A DNA stretch of 58,142 nt from a virus. Taxonomy: Duplodnaviria > Caudoviricetes. Where the stretch lies: positions 1 through 58,142 of IMG/VR virus record IMGVR_UViG_3300013129_000001; one strand, given 5' to 3'. The translations under genes and the position numbers were made by a program. The notes under the pieces were generated by a model that was given only the letters and a program-made list of their open reading frames with translations, did not search any database and was not told the origin of the DNA. Positions 29,383 to 39,183 of this stretch are shown piece by piece; the stretch's first letter is position 1; the number at the start of each line of letters is the position of its first letter.

Positions 29383-31359
29383 TTATTTGAAGGAGGTAAC
29401 GTCTGTAAATTTCTTCAACTCGAATTTCGATGTGTAGTCATCTGCGAACGCGAATTCTTTTTGTGGATCTTCTTCTGCTTTTTTAGTCTCTTGGTCAAAA
29501 AAGCGGTCTCCAAGCACCAGTTCCCCAGTATCATCGTCACATGTAGAACCAGTGCTATTTTCTAGAACTTTTACAAAAGCTTCTGTTGTCCAAGGAATCA
29601 TAGGAATTCCACTGATATTCTTCTTGAAATAATAATCGTGCGTAGCCATTTCAATAAGAAGAGTATCTACGTCCCTGACAGTAAACCCTTTCTTAGAAGC
29701 CAGAGGAACTATCTTGTCAAGATCCAGTTTATCAATAGCCTTGGCAAAATTATCAAAACTAGCATACCCTATAGGAGCAACAACTCCACGGTTCTTCATC
29801 CGGCGAGCGGCAGAAACAAAAGTCTGCTTCATGCTCTTTTCGTCAAATTCATTAATATCAATAACCAAATCAGCACGACCAGACCTCAGAAGGGGGCCCG
29901 TAATATTTTCTTTATGGTTAGTTGTCAAAACAAGAAAAATATCATTTTTACTGAACATGTTGTCTTCTTGGCTATTTTGCAGCCAGTTCATAAATTCACT
30001 TTCAACCTGTTTATGAGCCTCATGCATACCTTGTCCAGAAGCAGCCGTAGACCCCATGGCTCTGTCATACTCATCAATTCTTACAACGACATGGCTGGCC
30101 TTAGAAATCTTCCTCAGTGCCTCTCTCATTCTTTCTGGTCCCTCTCCGACCCACTTACTATGAGATGCCGCGATATTGAAATCCCATACGTCAAAATCAA
30201 GAAGTCCGGCAAAATGAACTGGGAAGGCACTTTTACCAACGCCTCCCTTCCCATATAGAACTATAACATGTGGCATTCTGGAGCGAATAGAATCAATATC
30301 CTTTGAGACTTGAGCGTTATCGCCATTAGACTTGAGTACGTCCTTTTTCTTCTCCTTGAGCCGATTAATCTCTTCGAAGTCACGAACAATTTTTTTGACA
30401 TCGAATGTAAAATTACTGTTTTCGGGACAAATATAATCCGACCAAGGTTTAGGCGAAAGATGAGTCAATCCGGAAGCGTTTTCCATTAGATTGCGATTAA
30501 CCTTCTCCCTGAGATTTCTAACAACCTTGGAGGGGTCAATCTGCTTACTGCCAATAGATGTTTCGGCCTTGCAAGAAAGGGCTTCGGCAAATGCATCGGC
30601 AGATTCTGTGTAGGTCAGACCAGAAAGTTTTCTAACAATTTGCTTTCTCTGAGTATCATTAAGGCTTATTTTGTAGCCGCCATCGGTATAAAGCTGAATA
30701 AAACTATCGATAATATGCCCGGCTTCATAATCGTCAACCGGATCAAACCTCAGAACACGCACCTTAAATGGAAACTGAATTGGCTCATTTGTAACCAGAA
30801 GAATACGACATCCCATCTTGATACTGGGATTTCTGAAATTGTCAAAAATCCATAGGTTTCTAGCGTCAACTTGTCCGGGTTTCTGAGCACAAAAATCCAA
30901 GCAATAATCAATATTTTTGATAACCAAAAGACGATCTTTGAACTCTCCCGTAATAACTTCTTTTCGGTTTACAAATCCGTTAAGTTTCCTCTTTCTTCGT
31001 CCGCTCTGAGGATCTGTTTTTGGGGTTTTGCCCTCTACTCCCTGAGTTGTCGTGGATGTTTCTTCGCACTCGCCAAATATAAGATTTTCAAGATACGAAG
31101 ATGCCATGCCACGCCCCGGATACCCCCTTTGAAGTTCTACGGCATCTATATCAAATGTTTCATTATACAACTCGGAAGACTTAAAACAGGTTTTGAGAAA
31201 ACTATCAACAAGGCAAGGATCTTCGTAGCCGACAATAAGATTGGTAATTCCGGTAAGCGACAACCTAACGGCTACCTTGCATTCTCTTTTTAAGTCCTGA
31301 AACTTTTTGCTATTTTCAACCAAAGTCTCATAACTCAAGTTCTCAACGTTTTCGGCCAT
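29383..31359 (-). CDS. AAA+ ATPase (Ycf46-like)
   Basis: Walker A GKGGVGKS, SKWVGEG, Walker B VRIDEYD, TTN and Arg finger LLRSGRAD. N-terminal degenerate AAA (LLVIKNID). Confidence 0.85.
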   Translation of the reverse strand: MAENVENLSYETLVENSKKFQDLKRECKVAVRLSLTGITNLIVGYEDPCLVDSFLKTCFKSSELYNETFDIDAVELQRGYPGRGMASSYLENLIFGECEETSTTTQGVEGKTPKTDPQSGRRKRKLNGFVNRKEVITGEFKDRLLVIKNIDYCLDFCAQKPGQVDARNLWIFDNFRNPSIKMGCRILLVTNEPIQFPFKVRVLRFDPVDDYEAGHIIDSFIQLYTDGGYKISLNDTQRKQIVRKLSGLTYTESADAFAEALSCKAETSIGSKQIDPSKVVRNLREKVNRNLMENASGLTHLSPKPWSDYICPENSNFTFDVKKIVRDFEEINRLKEKKKDVLKSNGDNAQVSKDIDSIRSRMPHVIVLYGKGGVGKSAFPVHFAGLLDFDVWDFNIAASHSKWVGEGPERMREALRKISKASHVVVRIDEYDRAMGSTAASGQGMHEAHKQVESEFMNWLQNSQEDNMFSKNDIFLVLTTNHKENITGPLLRSGRADLVIDINEFDEKSMKQTFVSAARRMKNRGVVAPIGYASFDNFAKAIDKLDLDKIVPLASKKGFTVRDVDTLLIEMATHDYYFKKNISGIPMIPWTTEAFVKVLENSTGSTCDDDTGELVLGDRFFDQETKKAEEDPQKEFAFADDYTSKFELKKFTDVTSFK

Positions 31360-31412
31360 TGACTTCTCCTATGTTTGCCTTCTATATTATATCGATTTAT
31401 CCAGAAAACAAG

Positions 31413-31451
31413 AAAAAAAGAAGACCCGAAGAATCACTTCTTCGGGCCTTC
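31413..31451 (-). terminator. Rho-independent terminator
   Basis: Stem GAAGACCCGAAGAA/TTCTTCGGGCCTTC followed by a T7 tract on the minus strand. Confidence 0.8.
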
Positions 31452-31473
31452 AGTCTTTTCAGATTAACTACGC

Positions 31474-32184
31474 TTACTTCTCGTAGTCTTTGGTCATCAG
31501 ATTAACATAGTCCTTGGGGAAACCAAGCATGTTAATCCAGTAGTCATTGAGCTTAGCACGATTTGCCTTGCTTAACATGGCAAACTTGCAAAACTCTTCT
31601 TCTGTCGATGCCGACTTATCCATGGCAACTTCTTTCTTCTTGGCACAAGCACAGGCCATGTCGGGTTCAGACTTGACGATGATTTCGCTATCCGAAACTT
31701 CCTTTCCGGGAATGTCGGGCGTGGGCTCAACATCAAGATCGATCTCTACCGACTCAGCCTCTCCCTCTACCGCAACTTCTTTGAGATCGGCTACAGCATC
31801 TTCTACCTTCTCAATTGCTTCCTCTACCGAAGCGGGGGCAGCATCCACAGCCGGAACGGAAACGCTAGATCCACCAGCGTCACTGACCGGAGCCGAAACT
31901 TCTTCGGCGCACTGAGCGGTTTTGGCAGAAGCCGATTTCGCATCCGACTTGGAAGCAGACTTGGCATCAGAACTAGCCGAATCTGATTTTTCGCAAGAGC
32001 AAAGATTACCCGGCTTCTTGCACTTCTTACAAACACTAGCAGCCTCAATATAACTCTTAGCAGCCTCATAAAGAGGATTAATTTCTTCTTGAACTTCCGC
32101 ACCAGCAGAAGCAGTCTTGGTTAATCCCGAAACCTTGGGACTCCAATCAACCTTCTTAGAACCAGCTCTCATTATAATACTCAT
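31474..32184 (-). CDS. Acidic low-complexity protein (scaffold/core-like)
   Basis: Strong AAGGAG RBS, with its own promoter and terminator. Contains SSDAK repeats, CKKC..CSC, and KTAS/KTAQ motifs. Confidence 0.75.
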   Translation of the reverse strand: MSIIMRAGSKKVDWSPKVSGLTKTASAGAEVQEEINPLYEAAKSYIEAASVCKKCKKPGNLCSCEKSDSASSDAKSASKSDAKSASAKTAQCAEEVSAPVSDAGGSSVSVPAVDAAPASVEEAIEKVEDAVADLKEVAVEGEAESVEIDLDVEPTPDIPGKEVSDSEIIVKSEPDMACACAKKKEVAMDKSASTEEEFCKFAMLSKANRAKLNDYWINMLGFPKDYVNLMTKDYEK

Positions 32185-32243
32185 CTTTATCTCCTTGCTT
32201 AATTGTGAGCTTTTTTGCTCATTTTCGATTTACGCTTACTTAT

Positions 32244-32268
32244 TTCTTAACTAAATACCCGAAATCCT
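32244..32268 (-). promoter_or_regulatory. AGG-N19-GAA promoter
   Basis: Minus strand AGGATTT...GAAATA. Confidence 0.7.
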
Positions 32269-32288
32269 TCTTGAAAATTAGATAATGT

Positions 32289-32732
32289 TTAGCCCTTTCT
32301 AATTACCCTAATACCTTTAATCTTCGTGGTAATAGCGGCGGAATCAGCAGGATCTTTCACTTTTCCTTCTAGGGCTTCGGGCAAAGATGGCTGACCTTCC
32401 ATTTTTTCGGGAGATCCTTCGTCACTTCTAATTTTTGTCAAATACGAAGAAAGATCTCGCATGGCAGACATATAATCTTCACGCGGCGATCCTATTTCGA
32501 GCAAAGATATCAATCCGTCCATCTTTTGCAAAGCAACTGCATCGTCAGTAAGATCTTTCATCTGCTTGAGCGCCTTGGTAGCAGCTTCACGATATTTTCG
32601 TTGCTCTTCGGAATCACCCTTGAATCTCTCATACATAAAAATGGCTTTGCTCATCCTCGTAACTAGTTCTTTCCAAAGCCATCCCTGATAAATCTTGGCT
32701 TGTTTTATAACCCTAATACTTTTGATTTTCAT
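32289..32732 (-). CDS. Hypothetical protein
   Basis: Likely start is ATG 32732, just after the upstream stop (MKIKSIRVIKQA). Confidence 0.7.
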   Translation of the reverse strand: MKIKSIRVIKQAKIYQGWLWKELVTRMSKAIFMYERFKGDSEEQRKYREAATKALKQMKDLTDDAVALQKMDGLISLLEIGSPREDYMSAMRDLSSYLTKIRSDEGSPEKMEGQPSLPEALEGKVKDPADSAAITTKIKGIRVIRKG

Positions 32733-32733
32733 A

Positions 32734-33273
32734 TTAGCCGTTCCATGTTCCGTCATTAATTTCATTTAAGGCCTGCTCTATTTGCTCTCGCGTCATAGGC
32801 TTGCCAGTGATATCAGACATACTCTTGTGGATAAAAAGACGGGCGTGTTTGTCGGCAACCTTGTCCAATAATATGCCCAAAAATTGAGGACTCAGTTTTT
32901 CAAGGCCAAGATTTTTCATAGCACCACGATGCTCTCCCGAATTAATGCTCTTGGCCATAACCTCTATCTGTTGCGATTCCTTGTCCTGAACAGAAGCACT
33001 TTTTGCTATCTTCTGAGCAGCTGGAGTTTTTGCATCAAGACGTGGAGTTACCTTATCATTATCGGCACCATAATTGGTAAGCCATTTACTCTTATCTTCT
33101 GCCTTTTGATATTCTTCCATGCAGCTATTCCATACCTCTTGAGGTCCTTTCTTCTGATCGCTCTTTTGCTTATAGCAATTCATCCATGCCCTACTCTGAG
33201 TCTGCATGTAGCCCCTAGCATCATCATAGAAAGCCTGCTTGATACACTTCTTAAGATTAAAGGATTGTTTCAT
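32734..33273 (-). CDS. Hypothetical protein with FNLKK..KQA leader
   Basis: 179-aa ORF with an AGGTG RBS, downstream of a promoter motif. Confidence 0.7.
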   Translation of the reverse strand: MKQSFNLKKCIKQAFYDDARGYMQTQSRAWMNCYKQKSDQKKGPQEVWNSCMEEYQKAEDKSKWLTNYGADNDKVTPRLDAKTPAAQKIAKSASVQDKESQQIEVMAKSINSGEHRGAMKNLGLEKLSPQFLGILLDKVADKHARLFIHKSMSDITGKPMTREQIEQALNEINDGTWNG

Positions 33274-33313
33274 TTTACACCTATATGATATTTTACAAGT
33301 TCAGTTTATATAC

Positions 33314-33338
33314 TTCCTTCTTTTTTATCCAATATCCT
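33314..33338 (-). promoter_or_regulatory. AGG-N19-GAA promoter
   Basis: Minus strand AGGATAT...GAAGTA. Confidence 0.65.
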
Positions 33339-33342
33339 GCCG

Positions 33343-34044
33343 CTATTTTTTCTCTTCTAAACTCAGGATATTATCAATTAGGAAACTTTTCCATCCTCCC
33401 GATTGATTATCCCAAGCCTTGACAATAGAATCATGGTGACCATCGGCATCTTCCTCAAATTGAAATGGTGGAGAAATAACCTTTGGGGGCAAAGTTATTC
33501 CTCCCTTGGTTTGGTACATCAAAACCATGTCTTGACCCTTTAGATTGGCCTTCTCAAGCCTATCCTTATAAGAAAGATTTAACATAACCTCTGGCTGAGG
33601 CTCGGATGGCTGGGCGGGTTCACCGGGCAGAGGTTGTTCGGGGATTGCCTCGGGTACTCCGGGAACAGCCCCTGCAACTTGAGGAGTTGCCTGAGATATC
33701 TTTTTTCGGCTTCTAATACCTTCGCCATCAACTTTTGAACCAACACTAACATTATTTTCTGAAAACCATCCCCTATTAACCTCTAGGGCGTAACGACACC
33801 TGTAATTGGCACAAACAGCCCTTGTACTTAATGGCGTCATGGTCTCTATCTGTAGGATCTTGCCATGGTCATCGATAAAAGCAACGTCCAACGGTATATA
33901 TGTATCCTTCATCCAAAACGTATGAAATTCTGGATAAGGAAATCTAAAAAGCATCCCATGATTTTTAGACATATGCTTACGGCGCATAAGACCATGAGTT
34001 CTCTTTTCATGCGTATCGGCAATCTCTATGAACAATTGTTTCAT
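33343..34044 (-). CDS. DUF192-family domain fused to a WYL-like SH3-barrel domain
   Basis: EIADT..R..GLM..GMLF..FWMKDTYIPLDVAF..YALEVNRG is DUF192. After a Pro-rich linker, Y...G..P..AWD..GWKSFLIDNI is WYL-like. Confidence 0.8.
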   Translation of the reverse strand: MKQLFIEIADTHEKRTHGLMRRKHMSKNHGMLFRFPYPEFHTFWMKDTYIPLDVAFIDDHGKILQIETMTPLSTRAVCANYRCRYALEVNRGWFSENNVSVGSKVDGEGIRSRKKISQATPQVAGAVPGVPEAIPEQPLPGEPAQPSEPQPEVMLNLSYKDRLEKANLKGQDMVLMYQTKGGITLPPKVISPPFQFEEDADGHHDSIVKAWDNQSGGWKSFLIDNILSLEEKK

Positions 34045-34397
34045 TTCTCTCCTACGTAGGCAGTCATCACCTCTTTATAGGACTTTAGAGACTCGGCGTT
34101 AGCGGTAGCCATAATTGCCTTTTTGTATTTTTCAAATTCATCCTGTGGCATATCATGTTTGGTAATACGAACATCATTGCCCAAGCCCGCCCACCACAGG
34201 TTATAAACTCTCAAAAACTCTTCGCCAATCTTGATTCTGAATTTGAAATACCCCTTTAACTCATCTGCAATTTTATCGCTCAGTCTCTCATACCAATCAT
34301 GAGAGGACTCTGGTGCATAGGACAATGTAACAATTTTATCTTGAGATGAAAACATCCCAATCCATCCTACATGTGTGATTTTGCGATTTTGTACCAA
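34041..34397 (-). CDS. Hypothetical protein (start uncertain)
   Basis: Fills the gap and is ATGA-coupled to the DUF192 gene; it may start at MFSSQ. Confidence 0.55.
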   Translation of the reverse strand: MVQNRKITHVGWIGMFSSQDKIVTLSYAPESSHDWYERLSDKIADELKGYFKFRIKIGEEFLRVYNLWWAGLGNDVRITKHDMPQDEFEKYKKAIMATANAESLKSYKEVMTAYVGEK

Positions 34398-34948
34398 TTG
34401 CGTCGACTTCCCAAAAGCTCCATGTCGCTTTCGGGTATGTCATAAGATGGTTCTGGCGTCTCAATTTTTCCCTTTGCCTTAGCGGGCTGTTGGGGAGAGG
34501 GGGCAACAACCTTCTTCGGTTCAATAACAACATTGGGAGGAGTCGGAGCAGAAGTAGATTGAGCTGCCGGAGATGTAGCATCTTTTCCGGGGGCTCTTTT
34601 ATTATCGGCAACCACCTTGTAACCCTTTTTGAAACCAGTTAAAAACGCAACGATTTCGTCAAAAATATAAAACGCAGGATTCTTGTCTGCACCAAAATAT
34701 TTAGGATGAATACTTAATGTTCCACCAATGGCACCGCTCCATCCAATAAGGGAATGCTTGCCATCCGTATACCTATAGATTCTTAAGACATACTCTTTAT
34801 TCGACTGCTTACCCTCGGGATTAATGCCAATCATTGTAAGCCTAGTGCTTCGTATATATTCAGTATGGTTGTTGGGATAGCGATCCATTGGGAAACTCGG
34901 TAAATCCCCCGGCATTTTAGAAACTGCTGTTTTTATCGTCATGATCAT
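34367..34948 (-). CDS. WGR-like domain protein
   Basis: SNKEYVLRI..WSGAIG..KKGY resembles the WGR domain. Likely start is 34948 or 34942 after GGGGAG. Ends ELLGSRRNWYKIAKSHM. Confidence 0.6.
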   Translation of the reverse strand: MIMTIKTAVSKMPGDLPSFPMDRYPNNHTEYIRSTRLTMIGINPEGKQSNKEYVLRIYRYTDGKHSLIGWSGAIGGTLSIHPKYFGADKNPAFYIFDEIVAFLTGFKKGYKVVADNKRAPGKDATSPAAQSTSAPTPPNVVIEPKKVVAPSPQQPAKAKGKIETPEPSYDIPESDMELLGSRRNWYKIAKSHM

Positions 34949-35273
34949 TTTCTCCCCATGGGTCTTGGAATTCCACGAACCCACCACGCTTTGTCTTCTG
35001 CTCTTCTTTTTTCTGTTTTTCCTGTTGTTTCTTAGAACCTTCTAGATTTTCCGAAACAAATTGCCATGCTATTCTGTTGGAATTCAAAAAATCAATCAAC
35101 TCATCTTTCTTGTCTTCATCAAATTCAAAATAACATCCGCGAGATCCCCACTTGCGACTCCATTTAACTCCCGATGGAACAATCAGATCAACTCCTATTT
35201 CTTCTATTTCATGAAGAGTTTTTTGACTCAACTCTGCATAAATTTCCACTCGCATTCCCCCATATTCAATCAT
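34917..35273 (-). CDS. Hypothetical protein
   Basis: 118-aa ORF, ATGA-coupled to the upstream gene. Confidence 0.65.
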   Translation of the reverse strand: MIEYGGMRVEIYAELSQKTLHEIEEIGVDLIVPSGVKWSRKWGSRGCYFEFDEDKKDELIDFLNSNRIAWQFVSENLEGSKKQQEKQKKEEQKTKRGGFVEFQDPWGENDHDDKNSSF

Positions 35274-35737
35274 TTTCCAAGATTCAATCTATTAGTATTA
35301 TCAACGGCAAACTTTGGGTCACAATTGGCAATTCTAAATCCCTTTTTGCCTTTTTTATTCATGCTCGCAAGAATTTCAGTATAACTCTTCTTGGCTCTTT
35401 GCTTTGAAAACTGATTCGGCTCTCCTAGCGCCATGGTAGTTATAACCATTTTTCCCTTGCGAGTAAATTTTACTGTGTTCATATCGCCAACCAAAAATCC
35501 CATCGTCTTTAGCCTCATAATGTCTTTGGACGTAATGGTTGAAATGTCAACGATTTTGATAGTATCTTCCTCAACCTTCTCGCCCTTATCCCATAATTCA
35601 AAAAGCAAAGACGCATCCTTGTCACTAGCGGTAACAAGTTTCTTCGTAGGAGTCACATTGGTAAATAGAAACGAATAATCAATATTCGTTTTATTATCAC
35701 TTCTTCCATCTGGCACAAATTTTATGGGTACAGGCAT
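35270..35737 (-). CDS. Hypothetical protein (possible winged helix)
   Basis: GAGG RBS; the pattern MRLKTMGFLV..VKFTRKGK is wHTH-like. Confidence 0.65.
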   Translation of the reverse strand: MPVPIKFVPDGRSDNKTNIDYSFLFTNVTPTKKLVTASDKDASLLFELWDKGEKVEEDTIKIVDISTITSKDIMRLKTMGFLVGDMNTVKFTRKGKMVITTMALGEPNQFSKQRAKKSYTEILASMNKKGKKGFRIANCDPKFAVDNTNRLNLGK

Positions 35738-35766
35738 ATAAAACCTCTCTTCTTTTTTCGTTTTTC

Positions 35767-38682
35767 CTATCTATTTTCCCTTGTCCCATTAAAGTATACT
35801 ACAATACCCTTATGAGCAAATGACAATTGGTTATCGCCAACCCGAATGCCGGTAACTCCTAGCTTCTCTGCCATAACGCTACCCATTCTGACAATCTGAT
35901 CGTATTTACCTCCGGCAAAAACAATACCGTCACGACCCGAAGACTCACAAATAATATCCTTGAAATGATAGGCGTTGCATACGTCCTTGGAAACGTCAAT
36001 AACATCATTAATTATGGATTCTTGTTGAGGCAAACTGAATAAGTCGTCTGCAATTTTATCAATTTCTTTTTCTACGCTTTTCTTCTGAAGATGTTTTTCC
36101 ACTCGCTCAATTAACTCTTCGCTAATGTCAGGAGACGATATCCACACGGCGAAAATATCTTCTTCTCCAATATTCCCACAATGAAACACCAATATCTTAA
36201 AAGAACCGTCTGGGAAAATACTATCTATAATTGGCATAACATCTTCGGTTGCTATAAAACGAGTGCTCTTAATCTGTTTCTTTACTATCTTGGATTTTGC
36301 AACCGACAATATGGCAATAACATGGGCAACCTCCGGATCAACACTCATGGACGAAGAAGCAAATCTTTTTGCGGGGTGAGTATTGCCATAATCCCTAGTC
36401 ATATCCTCGTATAGTTGGGGCTGGAATCTCGGTTCAATCCATCGATAATAAAATCCCTTAAGATCATAAGTGGGATTATAGCGTAGCTGTTTTTTAATCC
36501 AGTCTTCTTCTTGGCTAAAATCCTCATCTCTATCGTCCCAAGCCATAACCCTATCGCCAAGTCCCGGTATTGTGTTGCCATCAGAGATAGACAGATTATT
36601 CATCCATCCAAAAAGAGTGGCAGTCTTCACCACTTTAGATTGCGCATTCTTATTCATTCTATCGTCAGCTGACGACTTTTTAAGAGGAACCATCAGGGGT
36701 TTGGGTCTCTTTTCATCTAATAGCCCCTCTATGGTCGTATATGCCCTATCTTCGTCCCACCCTTCCGACAACAGTTCTTCAATACTTGCCTTGGGATCTA
36801 ATTGCTTGTCATGTCGAGTATATTTTCGCAGTTGTTCTTCAAGGATGTCGTGCTCTTGGCTTAAATCACGTGGCAACGGAGACATATATTGTCTACTCAG
36901 CCTTTTTTCTATTGATATACTTTGATCCTGTTGGGCTATCATAGACCAAGGTGACAAACCCTCATCAGAATGTAAACCTGTTGGAAAGCGTCCCTGAATA
37001 TCAGAGCCTATAGGTCTTTCCATATAAGACTGGGGGATATAGTAGCTTAATTGTGCTGTTTTGTACCAATTTTTACTACGAGCATGTCTTTGCCTGTTAG
37101 TAACAACGAGAGGAGAAAATTCATTTCCCTTGCCCTTCGCCTCTAAATCTTTTCGGTACATCTCGTTTATCTGTGGTAGCGCCCATTTCACAAATGCCTG
37201 CTCTCCCTGCCCTGATGGTCCTTCGCCCATATTGCCCTTAGCGTGAATTGCTTCGTGTACAATAGTTCCTCCTAGATGTAAAACAGCTATCCACTGCCAA
37301 ACATCAGGATCTACAGCCTGCATTTCCATTGCATCCTGTTTCGATGCAGACAGGACAGAATTCATATTAATGCCTATCGCTGTTCCACCTTTGGATTCAA
37401 GATCGGCATACAGTGTGTCAATATCTCTCTGGATTTGTTCGGGAGTTTTATCCATGTCCTTTTTAGGAAATGCCGTTAGACCTTCTCCGGTCGTTTTTAT
37501 TTCATATCCTTGTTGCTCCAGTTTTTTTGCTAGAGCCTTTGTTTTTATCGCCCTATCAAGAGCAGATAAATAAACACCGTAAGCTCCACTCTTAGCAAAA
37601 TTAAAGATAAAAGAAATGTTCATTAACAGGGACGAGTTAAATCTATTGACCATATTAACGGCTTCATGGGCTTTGCCAAACATAGATTCGATCTGAGATG
37701 CTTCTACCGATGTAGTTCCTAAAAACTGCGTGGCATATTCTGGGACGGTACCTGTAAAATATCCCTCAAAATTTTGTGATACCTTGGTCATTCTTGTATT
37801 ATCATTGCCCAATAGCTCTGCCAAATTTTCGTCTATAGCAGAAGGGGTCTCGGATACGTCCTTGCCCTGTTCTGTCCCCTGCCAATTCTTCCAATAGTTT
37901 TTGTCAAAATCCCAATTCTCTGGTGTTGCTTCTGGAGGAATATATTCTATAGATTTATCGTCAACATATCTTTTCTTTTTGGCATTTTCGATGAAAAGAT
38001 TCAAGACCTCCATCGCTCGTGATGCACTCAGTTGCGTTCCGTCATCTTCCTTGTTTCGAATCAATTTTGGCGTATCCCGTGTTCCAGTTTCAACATGTGT
38101 AATTTGATAAAATATTTCATGACCAATAATGTTGGGTTTGGGCTCAACATGAACATCCAAAATTCTGGCATCAGCAAGTCCTATTTCCGGTATCTTCCTT
38201 CGTGTTAACCTAACGTGAGCTTGTATTTTGCTCTTCATTTTTTCAAGTTCCTGCTCGGCAATGGTATGTGGCAAAGTAATATTTAGACCAAAAACAGTAT
38301 CCAAAAAATCGTATAAATCATTCGTGACGCTTTCATTATCTGCAAATGTCCACTTAGCAACATCTTTTAGATCATTCATCGCCTTAGACATAAGTTTATT
38401 GAAAGAGAACGACACGGTTGCCCCTTCATATGTATATGGAGAAAAAGATTTTACGGAAACACTAACGAACAATTGATAAGTGGGTATGACCGAAGAAATA
38501 GTAGGAGAAGAAACTACTCCCAAAAACCTACGATACAACAGAGATTCTGTATCTACCTTGTCCCATCCCGTAGTAGCCTCTTTCCAAACAATACGACCCT
38601 GTTTTTGAGCCGTTCCAAAAAAACCGAATATTTTGGGATCAAGTATATTCTCTTGAGACTGAGATATTTTCTTGATATTCAT
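35767..38682 (-). CDS. Multidomain protein with HExxH metallopeptidase motif and internal NWYKTAQ
   Basis: TIVHEAIHAKG at about 37243-37257. Segments are delimited by KKISQ, TKVSQ, NWYKTAQ, VKTAT and KRFAS. Confidence 0.7.
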   Translation of the reverse strand: MNIKKISQSQENILDPKIFGFFGTAQKQGRIVWKEATTGWDKVDTESLLYRRFLGVVSSPTISSVIPTYQLFVSVSVKSFSPYTYEGATVSFSFNKLMSKAMNDLKDVAKWTFADNESVTNDLYDFLDTVFGLNITLPHTIAEQELEKMKSKIQAHVRLTRRKIPEIGLADARILDVHVEPKPNIIGHEIFYQITHVETGTRDTPKLIRNKEDDGTQLSASRAMEVLNLFIENAKKKRYVDDKSIEYIPPEATPENWDFDKNYWKNWQGTEQGKDVSETPSAIDENLAELLGNDNTRMTKVSQNFEGYFTGTVPEYATQFLGTTSVEASQIESMFGKAHEAVNMVNRFNSSLLMNISFIFNFAKSGAYGVYLSALDRAIKTKALAKKLEQQGYEIKTTGEGLTAFPKKDMDKTPEQIQRDIDTLYADLESKGGTAIGINMNSVLSASKQDAMEMQAVDPDVWQWIAVLHLGGTIVHEAIHAKGNMGEGPSGQGEQAFVKWALPQINEMYRKDLEAKGKGNEFSPLVVTNRQRHARSKNWYKTAQLSYYIPQSYMERPIGSDIQGRFPTGLHSDEGLSPWSMIAQQDQSISIEKRLSRQYMSPLPRDLSQEHDILEEQLRKYTRHDKQLDPKASIEELLSEGWDEDRAYTTIEGLLDEKRPKPLMVPLKKSSADDRMNKNAQSKVVKTATLFGWMNNLSISDGNTIPGLGDRVMAWDDRDEDFSQEEDWIKKQLRYNPTYDLKGFYYRWIEPRFQPQLYEDMTRDYGNTHPAKRFASSSMSVDPEVAHVIAILSVAKSKIVKKQIKSTRFIATEDVMPIIDSIFPDGSFKILVFHCGNIGEEDIFAVWISSPDISEELIERVEKHLQKKSVEKEIDKIADDLFSLPQQESIINDVIDVSKDVCNAYHFKDIICESSGRDGIVFAGGKYDQIVRMGSVMAEKLGVTGIRVGDNQLSFAHKGIVVYFNGTRENR

Positions 38683-38715
38683 AGTTATTCCCTAATTCTA
38701 TTATACTGAATATTA

Positions 38716-38740
38716 TTCACAGACAAACGGGTAATATCCT
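38716..38740 (-). promoter_or_regulatory. AGG-N19-GAA promoter
   Basis: Minus strand AGGATAT...GAATAA, a close match to the sigma-H consensus. Confidence 0.7.
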
Positions 38741-38745
38741 ATGAC

Positions 38746-38784
38746 AAAAGCAAAAAGCCGGACTAATAAATCCGGCTTTTGCTT
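38746..38784 (-). terminator. Rho-independent terminator
   Basis: Stem AAAAGCCGGA/TCCGGCTTTT with T-rich tails. Confidence 0.75.
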
Positions 38785-38804
38785 AACAAAACTAATGTCG
38801 GTAT

Positions 38805-39164
38805 TTAGACCCCGTAGCCCTGTTTTTGAGGAGCAGCGGGTGTCGGAGAGATCTTTGTCCACTCGTCTTCTTCTTTGAATGGCGTAGCTGGAATAGGAGT
38901 ATCCTTCTGCCTATGTTGCTCATAATGCTCGGCAGTATATCCAGCATCATTTACTTTGGTTGCTCCGAATCCCTCTGGGGCGTGTTCCGCTATTTGCTGA
39001 AGATTCTTGGCGTCCTTTAAATCCTCTGCCGATCCCTTGGATGGGCAAACACTTCCCGGACCTCTAACCCATTCTTCCTTCTTTTTGCCTGTCTTTAGAT
39101 CGATGGTTGTTCTTAAGATCTTGAATCCTGCTGGAATGCCAGCTGCTATCTTATATATTTTCAT
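38805..39164 (-). CDS. MKIYKIA-leader DUF2997-like protein
   Basis: TIDLKTG..EEWVRG.G..C....TAEHYEQ resembles DUF2997, and the gene directly follows a DUF1257-like gene. Confidence 0.5.
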   Translation of the reverse strand: MKIYKIAAGIPAGFKILRTTIDLKTGKKKEEWVRGPGSVCPSKGSAEDLKDAKNLQQIAEHAPEGFGATKVNDAGYTAEHYEQHRQKDTPIPATPFKEEDEWTKISPTPAAPQKQGYGV

Positions 39165-39183
39165 TTCTATCTCCTATTCGTAT

